Positions 44,178 to 55,170 of a stretch of 64,000 nucleotides of DNA are shown here, piece by piece; within the stretch, counting starts at the first letter, position 1; every line of letters starts with the position of its first letter. The DNA is taken from positions 1,664,001-1,728,000 of the forward strand of contig CBDCMT010000001.1 of assembly GCA_965219095.1 (NCBI GenBank), in the 5' to 3' direction. Position numbers and translations under genes: made by a program. The notes beneath the pieces are model-generated. The model searched no databases and was not told the origin of the DNA. It saw nothing but the letters and a program-made list of their open reading frames with translations. This DNA is from Bdellovibrionales bacterium (GTDB lineage: Bacteria > Bdellovibrionota > Bdellovibrionia > Bdellovibrionales > UBA1609).

Positions 44178-44279
44178 GTCTCCTCAAAAGAATCTGTGGG
44201 TTTCCGGAGGTTCTGGCAGTTTTCCAAGGTTATGATATAAAGCTATAAAAATCGCCTTATATCATAACCTTGGAAAACT
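44178..44279. repeat. ISL3 right end with fold-back hairpin
   Basis: 23-bp perfect arms 44218-44240 and 44257-44279 with a 16-nt native loop. Confidence 0.88.
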
Positions 44280-44280
44280 C

Positions 44281-45834
44281 TTATTTTACAAACACTTCGA
44301 AATCTTCTTTATGAAAAGAAGATTCAACTTTAAAAATAATGGACGTTTTAAACCTTTTTTCAATGAATTCTAGGGAATCTCTATCAGAATCATAAATCCA
44401 GTCAGCAATATCGTGATGACAATGAACAAAGCAACTTGTTATATTTTTTTTATACCCTACTAGCTCTCTTTCAAGAGAACGAAAGATCTCATTTCCTACA
44501 GTCATAGGAGATTTCACATAACCTTTTCCATGGCAATAACTGCAAGGCTGACAAAGTTGAGCCAATAAACTAGGTCGTGTCCGTTTTCTAGTCATCTGAA
44601 CCAAACTCAAATCAGACATAGACACAATAGTGACTTTAGAAGAATCCTTTTTACATTCTTCTTTTAAAAGGCTTAAAACCTGTTGTCTATGAGCTTGTTT
44701 TTCCATATCGATAAAATCAATGATAATGATCCCTCCAGAATTTCTAATTCTCAGTTGGTTGGTAATTTCTTTGCATGCTTCCATATTTGTATTCAATAAC
44801 GTTTCCTCTAAATCTTTTTTGCCAACATAGCGTCCTGTATTTACGTCAATGGCAATTAAAGCTTCTGCTTCGTCAAAAACGATGGAGCCACCGGATTTTA
44901 ACCAAATTTTCTTTTGTAAAGCTTGATTGATGGTCAAATCAAGATCGTACATGTCAAAGAGAGGACGTTCTTTTGAGTAAAAAGTTATTTTTCCCTCTAA
45001 AGAAGGAACGTACTGTAATATAAATTGATTGACTTTCTTATAAACTGTCTGACTGTCAATAAAAATTTGATCTACATTTTTACTTAAAAGATCTCTGAGG
45101 GCTCTTAACTCAAGATCCAATTCTTTGTAAACAATGCCTAGAGTTTTTCTTTTTACATAATTTCTTTGAACATCTTTCCATAGTTTTTTTAAATACTCAA
45201 AATCATCTTTTATAAGTTGTGATCTCACGCCTTCAGCAGCTGTTCTTAAAATAAACCCTCCTTTTTTAGGCCCTATAGAATCAATCATTTTTTTTAGACG
45301 TATACGTTCTCGAGAGTTTTCAATTTTTCGAGAGATTCCTAAATGATTTACCTGAGGCAAATAAACCATAAACCGCCCTGCTAAAGAGATATGAGTTGTG
45401 ATTCGTGCTCCTTTTGTTCCTAAAGGATCTTTAGATACTTGAACCATAATTTCTTGACCTTCTTTGAGAAGATCTTCTATTTTTTGAACTGTTTTTGTCT
45501 TAGGAAGAGAAAGTTCACTAAGCTCTTCCGGAGGTTTTTCTTCTAATTCTTTTTGGTCTTGAACTAAATCTTCCTCTATGTACAAATTTTCTTCGTCTTT
45601 TAAAGATTCAGAGATCACATTCCCAACATAAAGAAACCCTGAACAAGAGGATCCCAAATCTACAAAAGCTGATTGCATGCCAGGGATGATTTTAGATACA
45701 CGGCCTTTAAAAATAGACCCAACTATAGTCCTGAAAGTTCGGCGATCCACTTTAAGATCCTTAAGTTCTTTGTTCTCAATAAAAGCAATGCGAGTTTGAT
45801 TAGGTCTTACATTGATAAGTATTTCATTAGCCAT
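44281..45834 (-). CDS. rng: Ribonuclease G (Rne/Rng family)
   Basis: S1 domain, KDPLGTKGARITT, IDVNTG, GGIIIIDFIDM, QMTRKR, CxxCxG. Confidence 0.93.
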   Translation of the reverse strand: MANEILINVRPNQTRIAFIENKELKDLKVDRRTFRTIVGSIFKGRVSKIIPGMQSAFVDLGSSCSGFLYVGNVISESLKDEENLYIEEDLVQDQKELEEKPPEELSELSLPKTKTVQKIEDLLKEGQEIMVQVSKDPLGTKGARITTHISLAGRFMVYLPQVNHLGISRKIENSRERIRLKKMIDSIGPKKGGFILRTAAEGVRSQLIKDDFEYLKKLWKDVQRNYVKRKTLGIVYKELDLELRALRDLLSKNVDQIFIDSQTVYKKVNQFILQYVPSLEGKITFYSKERPLFDMYDLDLTINQALQKKIWLKSGGSIVFDEAEALIAIDVNTGRYVGKKDLEETLLNTNMEACKEITNQLRIRNSGGIIIIDFIDMEKQAHRQQVLSLLKEECKKDSSKVTIVSMSDLSLVQMTRKRTRPSLLAQLCQPCSYCHGKGYVKSPMTVGNEIFRSLERELVGYKKNITSCFVHCHHDIADWIYDSDRDSLEFIEKRFKTSIIFKVESSFHKEDFEVFVK

Positions 45835-45843
45835 ATAAATCTC

Positions 45844-45881
45844 TTTTCGACAATTCAAGAAAAAATCTTAAAACCCGATAA
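45844..45881. promoter_or_regulatory. Overlapping divergent sigma28-like promoters
   Basis: Minus: TTAAG-N15-GTCGAAAA (45871-45844). Plus: TCAAG-N14-CCCGATAA (45855-45881). Confidence 0.6.
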
Positions 45882-45904
45882 AGTAAAAAATAAAGGAGTG
45901 TGTT

Positions 45905-48199
45905 ATGTCTTCTTATAAAGAATTACTCGAAATCCTTAACTCTGAAAAAAATGATGAATTGATTTTAGAGTCAGGAAAACCCATTTTACTGAGAAAGCAA
46001 GACCAATGTCTTAAAATAACAGACGGTAATATCCCTTTAAATGAACTAAGGGAGCTTTTTAAAGAACTTCTGAGCGAGGATAAGAAAAGTTTTTTACAAA
46101 AAAAAGGAATGTTTTCTATTCCTTTTGATTATGAGAATAAAAAAATGAAATTAGAAATCCTTCAAGATACGGAAAGGATGATGTTGCGTGTTTCCCACAA
46201 CATACCCTCTTTAAATTCATGGGCCGATCTAGACTTACACTTTAGTTTAGAAGAAGTTTTAAATTTTTCAAGAGGACTTGTTTTGGTGACAAGTCCCCAA
46301 AAGTCAGGAAAAAGCTCCACTTTAAGGGCTTTTGCTGAAGAGTTCTCTAAAAAAAATAAAGAAGTTTTTATTTTTGAATCAAAACCTCATTTGAACCAAA
46401 CGAATTTAATTCACAATATTTCTTTTTGGAGTATGAATTCCATAAAAGAGTTTCGCCATATTGTGAATATAAATCCATACTCTGTTTTAATACTAGATGA
46501 AGTACAGGATTCGAAATGGGCTTTTGAAGCTTTACAGGCCAGCTTCAAAGGGCATCTTGTGTTAGTTAGTTTTGCACACTTAGGTGTTATTCCTTCCTAT
46601 AGACATTTTTTAGGCTTATTAAAGGAACACGAACCGAATATACGAGATAATCTAAAGGCTATTGTAAGCCAAACTTTATTCAACAAAAAAAACAAATTGC
46701 GAAAAACAATTTCCCAAGAGTTTTTAATTTTAAGACCAGATACAAAAGAAAACTTAGTTCGTATAGAAAAATTTTTGGAAACACAAATTTATTCACAAGA
46801 TTGGAGACCTTTTGAGATTGATATTGAAGAGCAATACGAAAGAGGTGAGGTCTCTGAAGCCACTAAAGAGCTTTTCTCAAAAGACATGTTAAGTTGGATT
46901 AAGACGGAACATTTAGGTGTGGGAGAAGAGGACAATAATGAAATCGAAAAAACTTCCGTTTTCCTCACTCCTGAAGAAAAAGTAGAATTCGTAGGTAATG
47001 ATGAGCAATCTCATATAACACGAGTCAAAGAAGTAAAATTTCAACCTCAAAAAACCCTAAAAGAGGAGCAAAGTACTTTTCCAATTTTAGAAAAAAAAGA
47101 AAGTACTCTAGAGTTATCAAGTGCTATTTTAAAAGACAAGAGAAAAGAAATTGAAAAAAAGACCTCAGATTTACCAGACAATGTTTTAGAAGAAAAGAAA
47201 GAAGAAACCAAGGAAGAGCTTTCAATCTTATCAAATAAATCTTTAAAGGAGGAGAAAATCTCTCAAACTCCAAAGACAGATCTTAGCAAGGTCAAGGAAA
47301 AGTTTATGGAAGGAGGAGAAAGTGATTTTAAAGATGATCTTGATTTATTGATAGAAGGCCAAACGGTTCTTACAAATCAAACAACCGAAGATAAGGAGAA
47401 TCTTAGTGAAACTATCTTTGAAAAGAAAGCAAAGTCGTCCAAAGATGAAGTTCTAAATGATGTGAAAAAAGCCTCTCATACAACTTCTCTAAAAGAAAAG
47501 TTTGATAACAAAGATAGAAAAAAGGAGAAGCAAGAAGAAAAACAAACTGAAGATAAGACTGAAGACAAAGTTATAACACTAGGGCTGAACCAAAATATCA
47601 ACAGTGAAGCTTCTTATAAAAACAAAGACTCTTTTTCAACTCAAAATGCAAGTTGGAATTTAGACATAAGCCAGATTACTGAAACAGAACTCAAAAATAA
47701 GGACGATAAAGAGGGAGAGGATTATTTATCAAATGAGTTTTCTCCTGTTCCTGTGGAAGAAGAAATTTATTTTCAAAATAAGGCAGAAAATCTCCTCAGT
47801 AGGGGAGAGGGGAGAGTTGTTGAAGAATATCTAGACGAAGAGCTTAGCCTAGTTTTAGATGACGTAACAGAAATTAAAGAAAAAAAAATCTTCTTTAAAG
47901 ATCCAACCTCTCATAAATCTCATAAAGAAACAAAGGAAAATCAAGACTCGTCTCATTATGAAAAAACATATAGTGAAAACCCTGCTATAAATAAAATTAT
48001 ACGCACCAAAGAAGAAGAAAGTAAAAAATCTATAGATATAAAAAGGAAAAGAAACAAAGAAAAATACTCTCAAGAAAGAAAGAAAGCTTCTATTGATATA
48101 AATATTTTTGATAGAAGATCAAAGATTCATGAAGTGATTAAAGATGCAAAAACCAATATTTCTAAGATTTTATTGAAAAAAACAGGATCAAAAAAATAA
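45905..48199 (+). CDS. Divergent PilT/PilU-like ATPase with long charged C-terminal tail
   Basis: RGLVLVTSPQKSGKSSTL, LILDEVQD, GHLVL, LKAIVSQTL. Confidence 0.75.
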   Translation: MSSYKELLEILNSEKNDELILESGKPILLRKQDQCLKITDGNIPLNELRELFKELLSEDKKSFLQKKGMFSIPFDYENKKMKLEILQDTERMMLRVSHNIPSLNSWADLDLHFSLEEVLNFSRGLVLVTSPQKSGKSSTLRAFAEEFSKKNKEVFIFESKPHLNQTNLIHNISFWSMNSIKEFRHIVNINPYSVLILDEVQDSKWAFEALQASFKGHLVLVSFAHLGVIPSYRHFLGLLKEHEPNIRDNLKAIVSQTLFNKKNKLRKTISQEFLILRPDTKENLVRIEKFLETQIYSQDWRPFEIDIEEQYERGEVSEATKELFSKDMLSWIKTEHLGVGEEDNNEIEKTSVFLTPEEKVEFVGNDEQSHITRVKEVKFQPQKTLKEEQSTFPILEKKESTLELSSAILKDKRKEIEKKTSDLPDNVLEEKKEETKEELSILSNKSLKEEKISQTPKTDLSKVKEKFMEGGESDFKDDLDLLIEGQTVLTNQTTEDKENLSETIFEKKAKSSKDEVLNDVKKASHTTSLKEKFDNKDRKKEKQEEKQTEDKTEDKVITLGLNQNINSEASYKNKDSFSTQNASWNLDISQITETELKNKDDKEGEDYLSNEFSPVPVEEEIYFQNKAENLLSRGEGRVVEEYLDEELSLVLDDVTEIKEKKIFFKDPTSHKSHKETKENQDSSHYEKTYSENPAINKIIRTKEEESKKSIDIKRKRNKEKYSQERKKASIDINIFDRRSKIHEVIKDAKTNISKILLKKTGSKK

Positions 48200-48200
48200 A

Positions 48201-48248
48201 GCCTCCTCAAAAGAATCTGTGGGTTCCCGAAGGTTCTTTTGATGAGGC
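48201..48248. repeat. 48-bp ISL3-derived hairpin element, copy 3 (inverted)
   Basis: GCCTCCTCAAAAGAATCTGTGGGTTCCCGAAGGTTCTTTTGATGAGGC, 1 nt after a stop codon. Confidence 0.9.
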
Positions 48249-48352
48249 GTGCTTTTAAAGATTGTTATTACAACTTCATGTATTAAAATAAGTCAGACAT
48301 ATTTCAATGTGAAGCTTCTTGACTTTTAATTATAAAAATATAAGGTTTAGAT

Positions 48353-48380
48353 TAAAGTTTTGAAATATTTTTGTCGAAGA
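48353..48380 (+). promoter_or_regulatory. sigma28-like promoter
   Basis: TAAAG-N15-GTCGAAGA, 7 nt before ATG 48388. Confidence 0.65.
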
Positions 48381-48795
48381 AAGGGATATGAAAAAAATTC
48401 ATATAAAAGGGCTTTTCATAAGTTTTCTTATCATCTTATTCATTCCCTTACTTTTTTTTATTTAACTCATGTAGTGAACCCAATTTTGGTCAAAGTGATA
48501 ACGATAAATCAAGAAACACAACATAATGTTGAACTTGATTTTCAAGTTACTCCTGATTTTGTAGAAAAAAATAAAAAGCCTTACGATCAAAGAAACTGCT
48601 ACTGTTGATTTTTTATTTATCATTGATGTTTTGTAAGTCGGTTATCTGACCGCCCTTGACTCCTACGAGAGGTATATTTCTTAGATTTTAAAGGAAAAGT
48701 TTTTATTGATCTTGTTGTAAAACAAGCCTGTAAAATATTTCCCTAAGGCCTTCCCCGTTACAAAAGTATTAGAGAAGTTCTTAAAAGAATAATTC

Positions 48796-50326
48796 GTAAC
48801 TGCTCACCTACATTGTTCAGTTATCCCTAACTTTAGACCTGTTTTAAGATAAAAGTCTTGCTCTTACAGATTTTCTTTTAAATACTCTTTTCAAATGACA
48901 ATAAATAAGACCTCCATCAGAAATGAGATTAAAAATATAAGAAGTGACTTTGATAAGTTTGCAAAGAAAGGTTCTGTGCCTACTGAGATTTCTGTGATTG
49001 TTGAATCTCTCTTTAAGGTTGTGAACATTCTGATTGTTGTGCTTTTAGAAAAACAGGTTCGAAAAAATTCCAGCAACAGCGGTCTTCCTCCTTCGCAAGA
49101 TTTTAGTCGTCAAGGGAATCGTAATAAGAAAGCTAGTGGGAGTCAGAAAAAGGGCTCTAGGCTTATCAGTAAAGATACAAAACAGCGAGGAGACTGTCTC
49201 TCCCTCAGAGTGTTCTCAGTGTGGGATGTGTTTAAAGACAGCAGAGGTAAAAAGCCTTGAGAAGCGTAAAAAGATTGATATTTTTTATGAAATTCAGACC
49301 CATACTGTAACTTCTGAAGTTAAGGATTGTCCCTCATGTGGAGCTAGAAATAAAGGTCAATTCCCTAAAGGTATGAGTGGTCCTCTTCAGTATGGTGTAG
49401 GCATTAGAGCTTCCATCATCAATTTCATTATAGTTCAGATGCTGTCTTTTAGAGCGTGTTGGGGAACATTACATGGGGCTTATAGGTCGAATGATTTCTC
49501 CTGCAGTTATGTTGAGATACATTGCTGAATTAGGAGAGTTTCTTAAAAGTTGGGAAGAGCAGATGAAAGAAAAGATACTTGAATCAGAGGTCATTCATGT
49601 TGATGAGACCTCTATGAGGGTTAAGGGTAAAAACTACTGGATTCATACTTATAGTTCAGGAGAATTAGTCTTGCAGTTTCTACACCTTTCAGGTGGAAGG
49701 GAAGCCATAAAAGATATTGGTCTCTTGGATAGATATGGAGGAGTGCTTGTGCATGATTGTTGGAGTCCTTACTTTTGTTATGATAAGATAACTCATGCTT
49801 TGTGTGTGGCTCACCTTTTGAGAGAGCTTAAATTTATAGAAGAAAGCAATGGATTCAAATGGGCTACAAATCTCAAAAAACTTCTTAAAGAGACTGTGGA
49901 GTTAGTTCATAAAAAAGAGTCAAGAGTTCTGACTCAAAAAGAGTACGAAACTCTTCAGAGAAGGTATAGGAGTATTCTTACAAAAGGCTTAAAAGAGCTT
50001 CCAGAATTTCCTAAGAAAAATGGCAAGAAAGGACGAATAAAGCATACACAAGCTCAAAACCTTTGGCTGCGATTTAAAAAGTATGAAGCAGAAATACTGT
50101 GTTTTGCTAAAAGAAAGAACGTAGATCCTACTAATAACAGAGCTGAAAGAGATCTAAGAATGACTAAAGTGAAAAAGAAAGTGTCAGGGTGTTTCAGAAC
50201 AGAAGAAATGGCGAAATATTTTTGTCGTATTACCAGCTATGTTAAAACAATGAGAAATAGAGGGTATTCTTCTTTAGAAGCCATCTCTATGGCTTTAAAT
50301 AAAAACTTACGAGAGTGAGCAGTTAC
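48796..50326 (+). mobile_element. IS66 type B copy 3 nested in type A
   Basis: Both TIRs and a perfect 8-bp duplication AATAATTC (48788-48795, 50327-50334). Confidence 0.95.
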
Positions 50327-51817
50327 AATAATTCTTAGTTTTTTTTCGTAATTTTGATTTTTTTTGTGCTTTATTCTTTAAGAACGAAGCTCACTTGTAT
50401 ACTCAAAAGGCGTTTTAATAGGCATCTTATCGAGGGAGTTTCCCACAACCATTAAAATATAGTCCTTAGGATCTAATTCCACCTTCTTACAACTTTCCAC
50501 AATACTGTAAAGTACTGATGCTGTTTCAGTTCCTCTCTGAGTCCTTGACCCATGAAAGTTCTTTCTTCCCATCACAGAATGTCGAATCGTTCTTTCTGCT
50601 TCATTGTTTGTCATAGGAATTTTCTCATTTTCTAAGAATAAATTTAAGCCATCCCAGTGATTAAAGCTATAATCAATAGCCTTTTTTAAGCCACTCTCAG
50701 GACGAGCTTCTCCATAAAGTTTATAATACAGATCTTGCAGAGAAAGAACTAAATCCTTTGATTCTGTTTGTCTTAAACTTTTGAGCTCTTCATAAGTTTT
50801 TGCCTTTGATTCAACTTTAAAAATCTTCCCCATAAGCTTTAATACTTTTCCACACTCCTCAGGGTAATTCTGTTCTATGTCAATAAACTTTCTTATCACT
50901 GAGACCAGCAAAAAGCAAGATCAATTCCCTTTTCACCCTTAAAATGTGTTTTATAACTAACGTATCCATCTGTTAAAATAGGCCCCTTATAAGAGCCTAA
51001 GAGTTTTTTAATAGAACAGGCTGAACGGCTCTCACTAAAGTAATAAAAACTTCCTCCCTGATGACTTATAACAAACATGTAGCCGTCCTTTTGATGTGAA
51101 TTATTAATAGGCCATGGAGTTTCATCAATATGAATCGTTCTGTCTAGTTTAAGAAGTTCCTCTTTGATCTTTTCTCTCACAGGCTCTAAATAACAACTCA
51201 CAAAATAACAAAGATTATAAAGAGTCCTACAATTCACCTTCAAACCATCTGATTCCATCATTCTTCTTACTCTCTCTAAAGGAAGGTGATACAAGTACTT
51301 TTGACTCGCTACTTCTATTGCAAATTTTGGGGAGTACTTAGATCCTGGAACAATTTTCTTAGGAACAGGAGCTGATACTATGATCTCTTTTTCTCCCACT
51401 TTGCTTGCCTTCAGACGGTACTTGTAAAGATGATACTTCTTTCTAACATAGCTTCTTACATGAACATCAACCTCTCCTGACACGTCTTGAATCTTTAATT
51501 CCTCCCACTCACTGTCCTTAGGATAACCATACTGCTGTGCTATATCAGAAAGTTCTTCGTCTGTGAGCTTATGATCTACTCTTATCTCTTTTAAGGCCTT
51601 CACCTCCCCTTCTTTAGGAGCAGGAACTAAACTCTCAGATTCAAGAAGAATTGTCTTTTTAAGCTTCTTTCTACTACGAGAAGATAGTTTTCTTTTTTCA
51701 CTGGATTTTCCAAATACTATTTTCTTGAACTTACTAAGTAGCTCATCATTAAAAAGCTTTAATTGATCTTCTTTAGCCTTTTTCTTCTTAAGCTCATTTA
51801 ATTCTCCTTTTAAAAGT

Positions 51818-51855
51818 GCCTCCTCAAAAGAATCTGTGGGTTCCCGGGAGGAGCC
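51818..51855 (-). mobile_element. 38-bp ISL3 IRL-IRR fusion inside tnpC
   Basis: Reverse complement GGCTCCTCCCGGGAACCCACAGATTCTTTTGAGGAGGC. Confidence 0.85.
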
Positions 51856-53289
51856 CTTTTTTATAAAGGTGAATGAATTCATTGAAAATCAACTTTATGT
51901 TTTCTGGATCTTTTTTCCTCTTGAAGAAATGAAGGAAGATGCTTGTACTCAGGGTTTTCACTTTTTTTTTAAATAAGGAAAAAGACTCATCTGCATACAT
52001 TAATGTCAACACGTCTTTTTTTGTTTGGCAAGCTTTTTTTTAAAAAAAAATTTAAAAAATAATCTAAAAAAATTATCTTTTCTTAAGCTCGTACTTTCTT
52101 AAAATTGAACCATGAACTAAAAGATTCAATTCACTCCTTGTTAACTCGGGAGAACTTAAATCACTTAAACTCATAAACCTTTCTTTCTCCATCCTCTTTG
52201 TTAGTAAAACAAGACCACTCCCATCATAGAACAGCCCTTTTAATCTCTTTCTGTTAAAACCTAGAAAAAGATAAAGATCTCCCAAGTTGATCTCTCCTTC
52301 CATCTCACTTCTCACCAGATAACTCAACCTCTCAAAACTCCATCGCATGTCTATCTTTTGAGAGCAGACAAAAATACGGTAGCCTTCAGATAAAAAGATC
52401 ATAAACTCCTCACTAACTCTAAAACCTCTTCCCAATCTAGACCCTTTAAAACTAAGACCTTCTCTTTCATCACATGACTTTTCCTTTTTCAAAGAGACAG
52501 CCTTAAAAAGAGACTTCTTAGGGGATACTGTTGAAACATAAGACTTCTTCCAGTTATTGATTGTAGAGTAGAAGAAACCATTTTATCCTGAGTTCGCCCT
52601 TTAGCGAACACAAAGGCATACAATCATTAGCTACTTTTCTTGCGAAGAAAAGTACATATCCACAAAATGATCCTTTAAGATCAAATGCTCATTTTATTTC
52701 TATCCTTATATCAGATGATGATGATGATGGTTCACACCCACTACTTCACAACTCCTTTTGATTTTTCCCTCTCGATCCCTCTCTAAAAATTCAAAATTTT
52801 ATCAATAAAAAAGTCGCTATTCTTGGAAAGAGTAAAGTTTTTCAGTTTCATTCTATTGTTAGCCCCTCTGGAAATCTTTGCTCCACAGCACCGACAAGTG
52901 GGAAAGCTTATGAAATGTTATCAAATACAAATGATCTTGAAAACGATATCTTTCCAGGAAAAACTCTAAGTATTTGCAGTCCTGATTACGCAACAGTTTT
53001 AGATGGGATTGCAGATTCTATAAAGGACTCACAAGAGAGATTTTGCTAGAATGTTTATCTGTAGATGTCAACGACCATGGTGGCTTTAAAGATGATATTA
53101 AAATTTTACCTGATCCTAAAATCAAATTTACTTTGAATCCAGCTAAAAACAAAATCACTTTTGAAACACATCTTAATCCTGGATCCTATATTATACGTTA
53201 CAGTTGTGCAAGAAATTGATTTTTTAGTAGTTTTTCTTTAAATTCATACCTTTATAGGCTAGCTCTAATTCATAGCCGTTTAACATAAG

Positions 53290-53330
53290 GGTGGAATTTC
53301 TTTTAGATCTTCCTAAAATAAAATTCCACC
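53290..53330. terminator. Hairpin downstream of the VWA pseudogene
   Basis: GGTGGAATTT..TTTTAG / CTAAAA..AAATTCCACC. Confidence 0.45.
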
Positions 53331-53544
53331 AATTTAAGTTCCTGTCTATAACTTTTTCTGTTTCTTGAGACCAGAGAGGGTGAGGGTCTTTTATGGTAAC
53401 TGTTCAGAAAAATTCTAGTTAGGTTTTCAGATTTTTTGAGTTAAGGTCTAGTTTTTATTCTAAGGTCTTGATAAATCGTCATTTGTTTTAAAAAATAGTT
53501 TCATATGACAATTCTTTCTTTAGATTCTAAAAACTTAAACGGAA

Positions 53545-55144
53545 GCACTATATGAGCAAGAATGAAAAGCCTAAAAACGAAGAGATTGCTCAGTTTTCTA
53601 ACAGAGCTAAACTCTTTTTCAAGAGAGGAAAAAGATTGCAAAATGAATATGAGAGTAAAGAAAATATCGATCGAAAATACAAACAGCTAAAGTCTGATAC
53701 ATACAAATGGAGATCAAAAAATAAAAAAGCTCTGACTTGCAAAGACTTTGTAAACGTTTGTTCAAATATCGAAAGGAGATTTATACCTTCATTAAGGCTG
53801 GGGTAGACCCCACTAACAACTATGGAGAGAGGGAAATCAGGCCTGCTGTACTTATGAGAAAAATTTCTTATTGTAATCGATCAGAGAAGAGAGTCCATAG
53901 GAGGTTATGATGAGCATCGCTAGAACTGCACAAAAGCAGAACCTGTCCTTCGTTGATATGACTACTGAATATCTCTCTAAGGAATTGTTAAAAAATAACT
54001 TAGACATTTTAGTGGGGTAGTATTTTATAATTCCACTCGCCATGAAATACTTCTCTCTTAATTTTTATAGATTCCATCTCTTTTTTAGACACTGTTTTTC
54101 CTTTCTTGTATTTCCTTTTATCTAAACAAGCTTTGACTTTTAGGCCTGATTTTGTTTTCGTCTTAGATATTAAATTGACTACAGTCATATAATTAATCAA
54201 AGGACGTCCTCTCCAATTTTTTGAAATATACGAAAAAAGACGATGTTCAATTTTATTCCATTTGCTTGTTCCAGGAGGAAAGTGACAAACATGAACTTTT
54301 AATCCTACTACATCACACCATTTCTGTAACTCATACTTCCATAGATGAAGACGATATCCATTACTTCCCTCACTGTCTGCACAAATTAAAATTTGTGCAG
54401 CATTAGGATAAGATTTTTTTCCCATATACCTCCACCACTTTTTAATGCTTGAAACAGCAAATTCTGCTGTATCAGCACTTACTCCTACATTGATCCATCC
54501 TGCATTTAAAGACAAATCATAAACACCGTAAGGTATTACTCTTGGAACTTCTGACTCAAATTGTTCATTTCTATCTGCATGAGCTTTTTTTCCTTCCAAA
54601 ACCTTTCTATTGGCCTGCAAGCTGTAATCCAGTTCGTGTAAAATGCTTGCAACAGTGGGAGGGCTTATATTATAACCTTGTGAATTTAAGGCCTCACTAA
54701 GATTTCTTACACTTTTACTGGTCCACTTTAGCGGACTCTCAGGATCCCCTCTTGTGCTAGACTCCATTAAACTTTCAAGAACGGAAACTAACTCTGGATA
54801 CTCTGCAGTCTTCTTCTTCCTTTCCCCTCCTTTTGAACGAATCTTTGAATCTTTAACTCCTTTAGAAAGCTCTTCTAAATCCTCTGTAAATAGTCTGACG
54901 ACATAAACCTGTAAACTTTGATACCTTGCTTATGCCACCACGACCATAGGCTTTCGATTCTGCCGCAGCTAAAATCCTCCTTCTTTTCGTTTAATAAATG
55001 AAAAGTCGTTGTGAGCTTTAATCTTAATTGACGATCTTTCTCTGATAGCACATGTAAATCTTACGACATAAAATCTGAAATGTCTAAGTTATTTTTTAAC
55101 AATGCTTAAACATTAAAATCACTAGAATTTAAGTGAACAGTTAC
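53545..55144 (+). mobile_element. IS66 type C 3' remnant interrupted by ISAzo13
   Basis: DPTNNYGEREIRPAVLMRKISY in a second frame; end GTGAACAGTTAC at 55144; left boundary approximate. Confidence 0.75.
53981..55106 (-). mobile_element. ISAzo13-family element, frameshifted and internally deleted
   Basis: TIRs with TTGTTAAAAAATAACTTAGACATTT, TAA duplication; HFPPGTSKWNKIEHRLFS, HGEWNY. Confidence 0.92.
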
Positions 55145-55170
55145 CTTTTATGAGTAAATTCTTTTTTTTC

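Larger units (their letters stand above)
48633..52585 (-). mobile_element. IS66 type A (tnpA remnant, tnpB 52073-52402, broken tnpC), left end lost
   Basis: GTAAGTCGG end; TnpB IDMRWSFERL..LFYDGSG; TnpC KYLYHLPLER, HIDET, TDGY. Confidence 0.92.
48388..53219 (+). pseudogene. VWA-like lipoprotein pseudogene split by nested IS66
   Basis: 5' part: signal peptide, FNSC lipobox (across a T-run frameshift), VDFLFIID. 3' part from about 52586: EHKGI, LRSNAHFISILISDDDD, FHSIV, GKAY, SICSPDY. Confidence 0.65.
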
